This document shows positions 37,611-46,819 of a stretch of DNA of 64,000 nt, piece after piece. The translations under genes were made by a program, and so were the position numbers. The first letter of the stretch is position 1. Each line of letters starts with the position of its first letter. The stretch is from a virus: the IMG/VR virus record IMGVR_UViG_3300002220_000233; one strand, written 5' to 3'. Below the pieces are notes generated by a model. The model was not told the DNA's origin and did not search any database. It worked only from the letters and a program-made list of their open reading frames with translations.

Positions 37611-40190
37611 TCACTTCCCCCTTGTCTTGCGAGGCATTGCCTTCTTGTAGTTCTTCACAAACCACTCCGCCTGGGCGGGAGTGTCGAATGTGAGGTACTC
37701 GCCGGTCTGGAGCGCCATGCGCGCGGCATCCTTGGACGGGAGGCGCGTGAGCTTGTTTGTCTGCTCATTGTGAACGATCTCAGGATATACGAATACGCCA
37801 CCGCCGGGGAGCTCGGAAAATGCCATCAGGTGCGTGGAGTATGAACCGGGCTGCTCGGCAATGTCCGGGCGGGAAAGGATCGGGTACTTGTCTGGGGTAA
37901 GGATGCGGCGCACGAAGTTCTTGTCCTGGTTGCGCAGGAGGAGCTTCTGGAGGTGGGAGCGCTCCATGTCGGCATCGATGTTACGATCTTCATCCAGGCG
38001 CTTTTCCTGCGGAGTCTGTTGGTTGGGGATGATGGTACCGGGCTGGGATGGGACCATTACTTCGGGGCCCTGCTCGCCAACAACGTACGGCTGGCCGGGA
38101 GCAACGGGTCCGCCCTCTGCACGACCTTCGATAGGCGGGCCCTGGTTAAACTGACGCTCATCCTGTCCGACTACCGGGGCGCCTGCTTCGTTAAGCTGGC
38201 GAGCTCCCTGGCCTGGTGCAGCGCCTCCGGGTGGAAGCTGGGCAGGGGCTGACTGGCCGGGTGGAAACACCTTGCGAAGATCCAGCTGGATTGAGCGGGC
38301 AGTTTCCTCAAGTAGATACTTGCGACCCTCCGGACCAAGAATCTGGATATCGATCGGGTTGGCCGTCTGGGCCATGAATTCCAGGCGGCGGGCAGCCAGC
38401 TGTTCGCGCACAAGAGCGGCAGAGGTCCCAGCGGTAACAATCTGGTAGTCGCAAATGAGGCCCTCCATCGCCGATTCGTTAATCACATAAAGGTATTGGC
38501 GCTCAACAGAAGGCTTGGTCATGTTAAGGTCTATGGAAGAAACAAGGCCGCGGATACCGCGAGCGGCTGCACCCATGAGCATGGAAAGGCCCGAGGCAGT
38601 GTTGCCAGCGCCTCCGACCTGGGAATCTCCATGGGCATATGCGGGGATGGAAGAGTGCTCGTCTGCAATCTTGGAAAAATTGGTATACACGCTCATGAGC
38701 CGCTCAACAACCATCGGCGGCTGGTAAAAGTTCAGGGCCGGACCGGTGCTCATCATGTCGGAAGTGACGTCCCATACCTTCCAGGGGGTAAGCTTGTTAT
38801 CCTGGCGAGCGTAAACGGGGATACGATCAATGTTGCGCTCAACCTGGGGGCCGGAAGCCATGGCGCTGCTATTAACGATTGCACGTGCCATTGCATTGCA
38901 TATCTGCTGGCAGTCAGAGATTACCTGGGGGAGACCCTTGCCCCAGAAAGAACCATCGATGTTTTCAAAAGACGTTTTGTAAAATGGCTTGCGTCCAAGG
39001 GGATCATCGTTCAACATGGCACCGATGACGTGATTCCCGATAAGGTATGCTTTCACCGGGTAAAACATTTCCGACTCAAGAGGGTTATTATTAAGGTCTA
39101 CCTGAAGCCCCCATTCTGTAAGTTTCTCGCCATCGAGCGCACCCCAGAATTCCAGCATGTCCATCTTATCGGAATCATAGGACATCTGTGATTGCTCACC
39201 CTTGATGTCGGCAAACTCCTGATCAACCGGAAGCCATTCAGAAAGCTTGCCGCCACGCATATCCTCCAGGGCACCGATAATTTCTAGGTCAGAATAGCCG
39301 GGAACGCCAAGGAGTTGCTGCAGGGCAAGGGGGGTGATCTTGACACGGTCAATCAGGTAGCCGTCATTAATATCAGTGGACCCCGGAGCAGGGTATATAT
39401 ATAAAGGATGGCGCGACTCCCAGGTGGGATAAGGTTCCTCGACAACGTTGGATGACATTTTACCGGTCTGGTCGGGGGCTATCTTGAGAACCTTGCGCAT
39501 CTTGGTAACGGGCCCCTTGAGGAACCCGGTGTGCATAACGATATTTGGGATTGTTCTGCGCAAGGAATCATACCAGCCGCCCTCGATAAGCTTGTCGTCA
39601 ATCACCTGCTCAGCATCGCGACCCTTCTCCCGGGCACGGTTTATGATCTCCTCACGGACAGCCTTCTTGATTGCGTCCGCATTCTGTTCTATCTGCTGCT
39701 GGATATAATTCATGTCAGGCTGCGTGCCCATAGCCATGGAGGTCTGGGCAATCTGCTCAACAATATTGTTGAAGAGCTCCTCGGCGATTTCCTGCATGAC
39801 AGCTTCGGGAAGTTCGGGGATGGGTGTAGGTTCTATCCCCCAAGGACGCTGGTTGGGTTGAAACAGGATATCCTGCACCCAAAAGTCGGCGTTCTTACAC
39901 TTGGCACCAGTGATGGCCATAAAGACTTCAGAGCCACCCATTTCGCGAATAGCAGCAAGCTTGGAGGGATCGTACTGGGCGTCTATCTGACGCATATTCG
40001 CAAGGATCTCTGGCTCAACGCCCATCTCCTTAAAGCGCTTCGCGTCATCAAAGCAGGTCCTGATGTATGCTGAAATTGTAGTGTTTGCCATGGAGGACAC
40101 GCCGGATTCCGCTTCCTGAAACGCAACGGCCTGCCGGTCAGCCTCTTGCCGCTCCTGTGCCTCTAGCTCACTATTAGGAATAACTCTCAT
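37611..40190 (-). CDS. Portal protein with long C-terminal extension
   Basis: Follows TerL; EFWG, NDDPLGRKPFY..F....GSFWGKG, ASGPQV, TASGLSMLM motifs. Confidence 0.85.
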   Translation of the reverse strand: MRVIPNSELEAQERQEADRQAVAFQEAESGVSSMANTTISAYIRTCFDDAKRFKEMGVEPEILANMRQIDAQYDPSKLAAIREMGGSEVFMAITGAKCKNADFWVQDILFQPNQRPWGIEPTPIPELPEAVMQEIAEELFNNIVEQIAQTSMAMGTQPDMNYIQQQIEQNADAIKKAVREEIINRAREKGRDAEQVIDDKLIEGGWYDSLRRTIPNIVMHTGFLKGPVTKMRKVLKIAPDQTGKMSSNVVEEPYPTWESRHPLYIYPAPGSTDINDGYLIDRVKITPLALQQLLGVPGYSDLEIIGALEDMRGGKLSEWLPVDQEFADIKGEQSQMSYDSDKMDMLEFWGALDGEKLTEWGLQVDLNNNPLESEMFYPVKAYLIGNHVIGAMLNDDPLGRKPFYKTSFENIDGSFWGKGLPQVISDCQQICNAMARAIVNSSAMASGPQVERNIDRIPVYARQDNKLTPWKVWDVTSDMMSTGPALNFYQPPMVVERLMSVYTNFSKIADEHSSIPAYAHGDSQVGGAGNTASGLSMLMGAAARGIRGLVSSIDLNMTKPSVERQYLYVINESAMEGLICDYQIVTAGTSAALVREQLAARRLEFMAQTANPIDIQILGPEGRKYLLEETARSIQLDLRKVFPPGQSAPAQLPPGGAAPGQGARQLNEAGAPVVGQDERQFNQGPPIEGRAEGGPVAPGQPYVVGEQGPEVMVPSQPGTIIPNQQTPQEKRLDEDRNIDADMERSHLQKLLLRNQDKNFVRRILTPDKYPILSRPDIAEQPGSYSTHLMAFSELPGGGVFVYPEIVHNEQTNKLTRLPSKDAARMALQTGEYLTFDTPAQAEWFVKNYKKAMPRKTRGK

Positions 40191-40205
40191 GTTGGTTTCC
40201 CCTTA

Positions 40206-43200
40206 CTATGTCCATGCCGACATTGATATCTTTGCACGCTGTGGAGGCGGAACGTAACGCGAACCCATGTGCTGATAGCTGTTGGCAATTTGCGCCGGGC
40301 GATCCACTGTCAGACATGCGTATTGGAGCGCATCCATCGGGTGGGAAAATTCGTTCTTCACCGCAACCTCTGAAAACCGCTCGTCCATACCACGTATCTT
40401 CTTCAGCTTGTATTCGCCGTTGAACCCCTTGCGGAGTATCGGACAGTTTGGGCCAAGCCTGAATGCGGGCTTGCCGTCCTTGGAGATTTTCGTAAGGAAG
40501 GAGTCAACAGCATTGTAGCGGGCAAGCCAGGAGTTTGTGTATGCGGGAGAGGCCGGGAACCCCAGGATCTTGAGTTCGTCATAGCAAGACTTTTCATCAG
40601 AGTCTGCGCGACGGATTCCGGATGGGTCGCCGGTGATGATAATCTCGTAATTGCGTAAGTGGGCAAAGAGGAACGGGCGAACAACGTCAAGCATGAAGCG
40701 GCGCAACCCCATGTCTTCGGAGATGAACTCGTTGAAGACGCTGAAGAATCCATTGGGGAGAAACTGGCAGAACACAGCTGCAGGGTTAAGGCCGAAGTCA
40801 AGGCCGACGATTACGGGAACGCCCTTCGTCGGGATGATCGGTGATTCAGAAAAGTGAAGCTGGTCGGAGTAATTCGCAAACACCGGCTTCCCTTCCCGGA
40901 TATAGCCGTAATCACCATCAATATACACCTTAACAAATTCTGGATCCTTGCCGATAGCAAGATTGCGGTAATAGTTCGGGGAAAGGTATTTGGTGTTTTC
41001 CGCCTTGTCTGAACGACCTGACGGCTGACGATAAAGAACATATTTTGTTTGGAGAAGCGGATCTTTCGGGACCTCCTCTTCAAAAAACTTGTACTGCCAG
41101 GAAGAGGTATCGGGGGGGTTGGAGTCAGCGATAATGCCAGACCACGTACAGCCACCGTCCTCCTGTGCCGGAAACCGGCCGCAGCGCCCCTCCATGGTCT
41201 GGGAGATGATCTTGGGAACCTCGCGCCACTCATTAAACCACGCCCCGGTAAGTTCAAGGGAGAGAAGGTTGCGAACATGTTCGGGCTTGTCGAGGGAACG
41301 GAAAAGGATTTCTATCTCGCAGCGGGTGCCGTCGTCGAGGACGATCTTGTCTATGATATAGGAAAAGTTGGTAATCTTGAATGTGCCGAAGTGTTCGGGT
41401 GGGAGCCACTGGAAAACAGTCGCCATGGTGGTGTCCTCCAAGACCTTATAGGACTGTGAGCACCAGAATGCCTTTTTGTTGCGCCTGACATAGATGACAT
41501 GTGAGGGGACCTCGACACAATAGACATCACCGGAGTAATCGACCTTCTTCCATCCGGAATATTTCCCGGCATAGCCACCGACCTTGAGTCGTGGAGTATG
41601 TTTTTTGTCCGTCACAAATGTAAGCAGCCAGACATCGGCATTTTGTTTCGTATTGACCCCATCTATAACAATGTGCGGATGCGCTTCATTTAGGAGATTT
41701 ATATTCATCACCATTCCGGCACGAAGCGCTAATTCTTGCAAATCGTCAGCTAGTTGCGAAGACGAGGTTGACGCGTATATCGTTTTTGTGTTCTTCTTGT
41801 GCAGCCCGTCTCCGGCAATGTAGCCCGTCAGGAACCTCTTGATATATTTAGGTGGGGCATCTTTCAGCCATTGCGGAACACGTTTTGTTGTGGCCTTGCC
41901 GAGGTCAAGCAGCCACCCAACCATTTCCTTGGTATCATCATTCATCCGAACCCAAAATGTTTTCTGCCCACCCTCTTTGCCCGTTTCGGAATATGGGATA
42001 CCAGCTTTTTTGAATAGCCTGCGGACATATTCAAGGTTGTTCTTCTGTGAAATAATGCACCGCTTTTTATCATATCCGTCATAGTTGTATATCGCGGCAT
42101 GACCCTCGGCCATCCAAAACCCAAACCATTCCATGAAGCCTAATGAAAGCTGGGGCGCCTGCCCTTTCCATTTTGCATCGCGTCTTACTCTCGTGTTGAC
42201 CTTGCCAAAAATGTCTGCAGCAGTCCTGAACCGCCACTCTCCCCATGACTTCTTCCTGCAATTCCTCATTTGGACGTGCATGGTGTGCTCTGGGGTTACA
42301 CAGAAATCAACGCCCTCGTTTTCAAAGGAGACCATCTCTCCGGTATAATCGTATTTATAATGGTTTAATGGGGATACAAAGACGAGTTCATCATTGACAA
42401 GTGATGCAACCTTGTCTGTCTTGAGGAGATTCTTGAAAAGCTGCCACCCACGCTGTTCCGTGAGAATTTCGGTTTGATCGTCATAACAGTGGCGCACCAC
42501 CGCCCACTTGGAACGACGAACACCATCCGGCATTGGAGCCTGGCTGATACCCACATTGATGATCTCAGCAACACATCCGGACGACTTGCCAGAATTGTGG
42601 TGAATCGTCCCGTCAACGGTTACATAGTTATTCGTATTGAGGACTTGCATGTCCCAATAAATTTCCTTGACAGGACTTCTTTTTATTGAGAGGATAGCCC
42701 CATCGGATAAGGAGGAACTACATGAATGCGAATACGAGGATGGTTGTGTCGCTGTATGACGGGGAGAGGACCTCGACAGAAATCGCTGCAATTGTTGGGC
42801 TATCTCCCCGTTATGTCCGAAGGATCGCAGAGCAGCGGGGACTACCGCGAGTAAATGTCGGAGCTCAGCCCGGAGAGAAAAACCATCAATATGTTTCTGG
42901 CCGAAGAATTGACCCCGATGGGTATGTTCTTGTAACCGCGCCGCAGGACCACCCATACGCCAGACAGCGGACTCATCGAAAAGGCAAGCTGATGTTTGAA
43001 CATAGGCTGGTACTGGAAAAAAAGCTTGGCCGCTATCTACTGCCCGGAGAAGTCGTTGACCATATCGACGGGCTGACTCTACATAACAACCCATTAAATT
43101 TGAGGCTGTTTGAAGGTAACGGAGACCACCTGCGTGAGACGATAACGGGGCTCCCGAAACGAACTTCGGTGAGTGGGATTCAGAACATAAAGACAAGATT

Positions 43201-43562
43201 TGCCCAACCTGAAGGCTGGAAACCGGTTGATATGTTTTATCTGCGCAGAGCACGCGGTGATGTCCGGCTGCGCGCCATTCTCCTCGCAGCGTTGAGACTT
43301 GGTATAGATAGTCATTTCCTTTTGGGAAGCTCCCACTGGACAAGGAAAGCTCAAATCGACATGACTTCTCGTCCCACGATAGAACACGCGTTGGCTGAGT
43401 TAAACCAGAGATGGGAGCAGGACCTCTCTCAGTGAGCACGAGGGTGTCTCCCGAAACGCAGCCGAACGGGCCATAAATTACCTTAAACTCACGCCTGTCA
43501 TCGCTGAACTCGCGAATTGTCGGAGCATCCGAATAGTCGTATATCTTCTGGAACCCAGCCAA
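40206..43562 (-). CDS. terL: Terminase large subunit precursor with two inteins (1118 aa; 484 aa after splicing)
   Basis: Rejoined Walker A GPFG|SGKS; LLSLELTGAWFNEWRE; DSNPP; GLDFG; SHPMDALQY. Confidence 0.92.
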   Translation of the reverse strand: MAGFQKIYDYSDAPTIREFSDDRREFKVIYGPFGCVSGDTLVLTERGPAPISGLTQPTRVLSWDEKSCRFELSLSSGSFPKGNDYLYQVSTLRGEWRAAGHHRVLCADKTYQPVSSLQVGQILSLCSESHSPKFVSGAPLSSHAGGLRYLQTASNLMGCYVESARRYGQRLLRAVDSGQAFFPVPAYVQTSACLFDESAVWRMGGPAARLQEHTHRGQFFGQKHIDGFSLRAELRHLLAVVPAALRSFGHNGEIAQQLQRFLSRSSPRHTATQPSSYSHSCSSSLSDGAILSIKRSPVKEIYWDMQVLNTNNYVTVDGTIHHNSGKSSGCVAEIINVGISQAPMPDGVRRSKWAVVRHCYDDQTEILTEQRGWQLFKNLLKTDKVASLVNDELVFVSPLNHYKYDYTGEMVSFENEGVDFCVTPEHTMHVQMRNCRKKSWGEWRFRTAADIFGKVNTRVRRDAKWKGQAPQLSLGFMEWFGFWMAEGHAAIYNYDGYDKKRCIISQKNNLEYVRRLFKKAGIPYSETGKEGGQKTFWVRMNDDTKEMVGWLLDLGKATTKRVPQWLKDAPPKYIKRFLTGYIAGDGLHKKNTKTIYASTSSSQLADDLQELALRAGMVMNINLLNEAHPHIVIDGVNTKQNADVWLLTFVTDKKHTPRLKVGGYAGKYSGWKKVDYSGDVYCVEVPSHVIYVRRNKKAFWCSQSYKVLEDTTMATVFQWLPPEHFGTFKITNFSYIIDKIVLDDGTRCEIEILFRSLDKPEHVRNLLSLELTGAWFNEWREVPKIISQTMEGRCGRFPAQEDGGCTWSGIIADSNPPDTSSWQYKFFEEEVPKDPLLQTKYVLYRQPSGRSDKAENTKYLSPNYYRNLAIGKDPEFVKVYIDGDYGYIREGKPVFANYSDQLHFSESPIIPTKGVPVIVGLDFGLNPAAVFCQFLPNGFFSVFNEFISEDMGLRRFMLDVVRPFLFAHLRNYEIIITGDPSGIRRADSDEKSCYDELKILGFPASPAYTNSWLARYNAVDSFLTKISKDGKPAFRLGPNCPILRKGFNGEYKLKKIRGMDERFSEVAVKNEFSHPMDALQYACLTVDRPAQIANSYQHMGSRYVPPPQRAKISMSAWT
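41454..42488 (-). mobile_element. Intein 2 in TerL (345 aa) with LAGLIDADG endonuclease and C-terminal Gln
   Basis: Starts CYDDQTEILT; VTPEH; GFWMAEG / FLTGYIAGDG; VYCVEVP..WCSQ|S. Confidence 0.88.
42594..43460 (-). mobile_element. Intein 1 in TerL (289 aa) inserted in the Walker A motif
   Basis: Starts CVSGDTLVLT; AAGHHRV; YWDMQV..NNY..DGTIHHN|S. Confidence 0.9.
42722..43435 (+). CDS. HTH-HNH homing endonuclease encoded antisense within intein 1
   Basis: TAAGGAGG RBS; HTH STEIAAIVGLSPRYVRR; GEKNHQYVSG..DGYV..HP; EHRLV.E..LGR.L...EVVDHIDG...N...NL. Confidence 0.85.
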   Translation: MNANTRMVVSLYDGERTSTEIAAIVGLSPRYVRRIAEQRGLPRVNVGAQPGEKNHQYVSGRRIDPDGYVLVTAPQDHPYARQRTHRKGKLMFEHRLVLEKKLGRYLLPGEVVDHIDGLTLHNNPLNLRLFEGNGDHLRETITGLPKRTSVSGIQNIKTRFAQPEGWKPVDMFYLRRARGDVRLRAILLAALRLGIDSHFLLGSSHWTRKAQIDMTSRPTIEHALAELNQRWEQDLSQ

Positions 43563-43600
43563 GGCACACCGCCAATAGTTATTTCATCCATCCCCCTGCG

Positions 43601-44227
43601 TTATTTGCGGATGATAAACACCGCGTTCTGGATGTTCTGCGTTCCAACGGGCGTTTGCGGAAGCTTTACTTTCCCTTCGTCAAGGATCTCCTGCCTCAAT
43701 GACACAAACGTTCGCACATCGGAAGCTGACTTTAACTTTATTAAGGTCTCTTTGATGGTGCCATCCTTGTTGAGCACAACTGAATCCTTGATCGCTGTGT
43801 CAACCAGGTCCAACAAGAACTTTTTTTTCTTACGCTGTTCGGAAAAGGACTCGATGGTAAGGTTGCCCTGGTTCTCAATCTCCCACCTTGCAACACGGTC
43901 AACCCATCCAAACTTTTTAGACCACCTGTAAATAACCTGCGATGCCTTACCAAAATGCTCTGCGACCTTCGGCAACGAACGGTTCGACCCCATGTCAAGG
44001 TAGCACTCATACGCTTTGCGCTGCTGTAGCGTTTCCGGCTTCAACCCTTCGTTCGCCAATTCCCTTAACTTCTCTCGCGGAACGCTTCCCTTGTGCCAAT
44101 TGCCCTTGTCGCCGTTTTCGCCAGTCCATTCCGACGGGACTGCGAGCGGGGACACACTCGTCTGCGCTTCCTTTACATCCTTTTTAATCTTTCTCGCTTT
44201 ACGCACCTGCTTGGGGAGAACAGACAT
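43601..44227 (-). CDS. Terminase small subunit (HTH)
   Basis: AYECY..MG..RSL.KVA...G....I.RWS....W..R; upstream of TerL; CAGGAGG RBS. Confidence 0.7.
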   Translation of the reverse strand: MSVLPKQVRKARKIKKDVKEAQTSVSPLAVPSEWTGENGDKGNWHKGSVPREKLRELANEGLKPETLQQRKAYECYLDMGSNRSLPKVAEHFGKASQVIYRWSKKFGWVDRVARWEIENQGNLTIESFSEQRKKKKFLLDLVDTAIKDSVVLNKDGTIKETLIKLKSASDVRTFVSLRQEILDEGKVKLPQTPVGTQNIQNAVFIIRK

Positions 44228-44251
44228 GTGTGGCAATCCTCCTGTCTTTGT

Positions 44252-44280
44252 GGTATAAATGAAAATTTTTACAATGTCAA
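44252..44280 (-). promoter_or_regulatory. Sigma70-type leftward promoter for the virion operon
   Basis: TTGACA-N17-TATACC upstream of the TerS RBS. Confidence 0.55.
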
Positions 44281-44388
44281 TAGTTTTTGTACCAAACTTT
44301 GCAAAATGGGCAAAGCCGAATGGCGAGGTTGGTTTCCCTATGCGATTCGATAACATACAAATTCAAGCAAATTTTTATAAAAAAATGC

Positions 44389-44416
44389 TTGACAAAATGT
44401 TCTGGATCAGTATACT
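44389..44416 (+). promoter_or_regulatory. Sigma70-type rightward promoter
   Basis: TTGACA-N16-TATACT with an AT-rich upstream tract. Confidence 0.65.
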
Positions 44417-44439
44417 GGCCACGAAAGGAAGGAAGCTAT

Positions 44440-44643
44440 ATGGGAAACAGAAAAGTAACAATCTCGCAACGGATCAGGGCTTCAATGCGGGTTAAAAATG
44501 TATCCGTGCATAAGCTTGCGGAAAAGCTTGGCATTACCCCGCAGGCAGCATATTATCGGCTCAACAATGATTTTTCCTGGAAGGTAGCCGACGTTAAGCG
44601 GGTATCGTCTATCCTTAACGTAAAGGTAGAAGATTTAATTTAA
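44440..44643 (+). CDS. XRE/Cro-family HTH regulator
   Basis: SVHKLAEKLGITPQAAYYRLN...ILNV.VEDLI. Confidence 0.8.
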   Translation: MGNRKVTISQRIRASMRVKNVSVHKLAEKLGITPQAAYYRLNNDFSWKVADVKRVSSILNVKVEDLI

Positions 44644-44671
44644 CAACAAGAAAAAGGAAAGGAGAAAAGAA

Positions 44672-45676
44672 ATGGATTGCAAGGCTTTCAGCCCCACGTT
44701 CGCTCGTTCCACCAACACCCTCGTAACAGATTGTCTCCACAGGTACGGCCCAGAGGACCAGGTAGGTTATTGCGCTCGCCCGGACATGTTCAGGTGCATC
44801 AAGGATGTCAATAAGCTCGTTATGCCCATTTCCTATTCAAGCGCAAATGACTTTCTAACGTGCCACTATCTGTATTATTTGAAGCAAATCAGGGGCATAG
44901 CTGTCAGGGACATCCACAAATCACCAGCGTTAAAAATGGGAGCGCTTTGGGACGTGGCCCTCCAGCGGCTCCTCGGAGCGGACATCAACGTTAACGACAC
45001 AGTAGAGATATTCGGAATTGAAAACAGGGAGGTCGCCAAAGTAAGGGCCATGAACAGAGCGTACAAGGCCCTCGGAATCGAACCTGAAAAAGGATATGAA
45101 GTCCAGCGGCCGTTTATCCACAAACTTAATGTTTACGAAAACAGTGACAGCCATGTCCTTGTGAGGGGATTTTATGACAGGGCCTATGCTGATCATTTCG
45201 TTGAAAACAAGCTTACCGGCAAGCCTGACTTCTATCTGGACATTTACTTTATCCAGAGCCAAATCGGAACATATTTCCTTGTTGATAAAGACATGAAATC
45301 GGTCACTATGGAAATTGCCAGAACCCCGGAATTGCGAAGCGTCGGACAGTATAAAGACGAAACAGATGAAGCCTATGAAGAGCGTGTGTTCCAGGATATA
45401 ATCTCACGTCCGTCTCATTACTTTATAGGATGGAACAACCAGACAAAAACATATGGGAAAAAGTACTACCGTGGCGAATTTGATCTTGAGGAGATCGCTG
45501 GCAGGTACAAGAATGTCGTACGGGAAATCAGGGAATGCTCAGCGTTTGACGGCTGGTATAAAAACGACAGGGTTTGCAATAACATATTGCCGGGGATCCA
45601 GTGTGATATGTTGGGCGTTTGCCGACATAACGTCATGAGCGAAACAATCTATACCATAAGAAAGGAGGTGTTATAA
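44672..45676 (+). CDS. PD-(D/E)xK (RecB/Cas4-like) exonuclease
   Basis: ISYSS...F.TC; RGFYD..VENK; SQI.TY; terminal Cys cluster. Confidence 0.75.
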   Translation: MDCKAFSPTFARSTNTLVTDCLHRYGPEDQVGYCARPDMFRCIKDVNKLVMPISYSSANDFLTCHYLYYLKQIRGIAVRDIHKSPALKMGALWDVALQRLLGADINVNDTVEIFGIENREVAKVRAMNRAYKALGIEPEKGYEVQRPFIHKLNVYENSDSHVLVRGFYDRAYADHFVENKLTGKPDFYLDIYFIQSQIGTYFLVDKDMKSVTMEIARTPELRSVGQYKDETDEAYEERVFQDIISRPSHYFIGWNNQTKTYGKKYYRGEFDLEEIAGRYKNVVREIRECSAFDGWYKNDRVCNNILPGIQCDMLGVCRHNVMSETIYTIRKEVL

Positions 45677-45732
45677 AAAGGGAAGGGGATGAACACGATA
45701 ACATAACGGGACAAAACGAAAGGAGAAAAGGA

Positions 45733-46512
45733 ATGAGGCTTTACAAAATCAATGAACTGACCGAAACCACGGGTGACCTGATGCTGCTTTACGGAGACTC
45801 CGGAGTCGGCAAATCGGTTACGGCAATCCAAACTTCACCAGAACCTATCCTTTATATTATGGCAGAGGGAAGAGACGTTACGAAAATGCTTAAAGCAGCG
45901 CAACGGCCCTCTGTTAAAATCCAATTTGGTTTTTACACTACCTGGGATGACCTGATGGATACGGTCAACAACCGGGAATTCTTCAAGCCATTCAAAACAA
46001 TTGTGATCGACAGCCTCAGCCATCTCATGTCCATAGGGCTGAGTGACGAGATCCTGGAAGAAAGCTATGACGCAATGGATAAAAAAAAGGTAGACAAGGA
46101 GCTTACCATGCGCGTCAAAATGTCCATGGAGGGGTATGGGACACTAGCGGGGCAGATGTTAAGGTTTACCAACGCCATCACTAAGCTTTCACAGGACGGG
46201 CATGTCGTCATTTGCTTGGCGAGAACTGAACAATCACCCAAGTTCAACAGGGCGCTGCAGGGTGCTCCGGCGCTAAAGGGGCAAGAGTATTCGAAACACA
46301 TGCAGGGCTTTTTTGATTTCATCGGGCTTGTTGAACAGAGGGTCGAGGACGGCGCCATCACATATCCTCCCAGCGTAAGCTTTGAATCAGACGGAAGCTT
46401 TATGGCCAAGTGGACCGGGCTGATGCCGCAGGGGGGAGTCTACAAGCGGGTACTGCATATTGAGAAAGTCCTGCAGGTTGCGCACGGCGAATCCAATGGC
46501 AAAAAGGAATGA
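45733..46512 (+). CDS. AAA_24/Sak4-like ATPase (phage recombinase)
   Basis: LYGDSGVGKS; TIVIDSLS; P.L.G..FDFIG. Confidence 0.8.
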   Translation: MRLYKINELTETTGDLMLLYGDSGVGKSVTAIQTSPEPILYIMAEGRDVTKMLKAAQRPSVKIQFGFYTTWDDLMDTVNNREFFKPFKTIVIDSLSHLMSIGLSDEILEESYDAMDKKKVDKELTMRVKMSMEGYGTLAGQMLRFTNAITKLSQDGHVVICLARTEQSPKFNRALQGAPALKGQEYSKHMQGFFDFIGLVEQRVEDGAITYPPSVSFESDGSFMAKWTGLMPQGGVYKRVLHIEKVLQVAHGESNGKKE

Positions 46513-46553
46513 GAAAGGAGGGCTCGGAATAAGACAAAAAGAAAGGAGAAAGC

Positions 46554-46805
46554 ATGGACGATGATATGTTAAAAGAAACTGAGTTGGAAGACACCAACGT
46601 TGTCGCGTATTTGCATTACTGCGGACTCAGGTTTACGCCCATCCAGCAGGAAAGTGGAAGGGTCGCGTTTGTGGTTCACGGGGACATAGGTCCCTATATG
46701 GACAACATGTATAAAAACGCGGACGTGAAGGTCCTGGATTTCATCAAGTGTCTCAAGGCGGTGAGATCCAGCATGTTTAACCTTAGGAAAATCAACGAAA
46801 ATTAA
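46554..46805 (+). CDS. Small DUF5659-like protein
   Basis: D.NVVAYL...G....GRVAF pattern. Confidence 0.55.
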   Translation: MDDDMLKETELEDTNVVAYLHYCGLRFTPIQQESGRVAFVVHGDIGPYMDNMYKNADVKVLDFIKCLKAVRSSMFNLRKINEN

Positions 46806-46819
46806 AAAAGGAGAAATGT

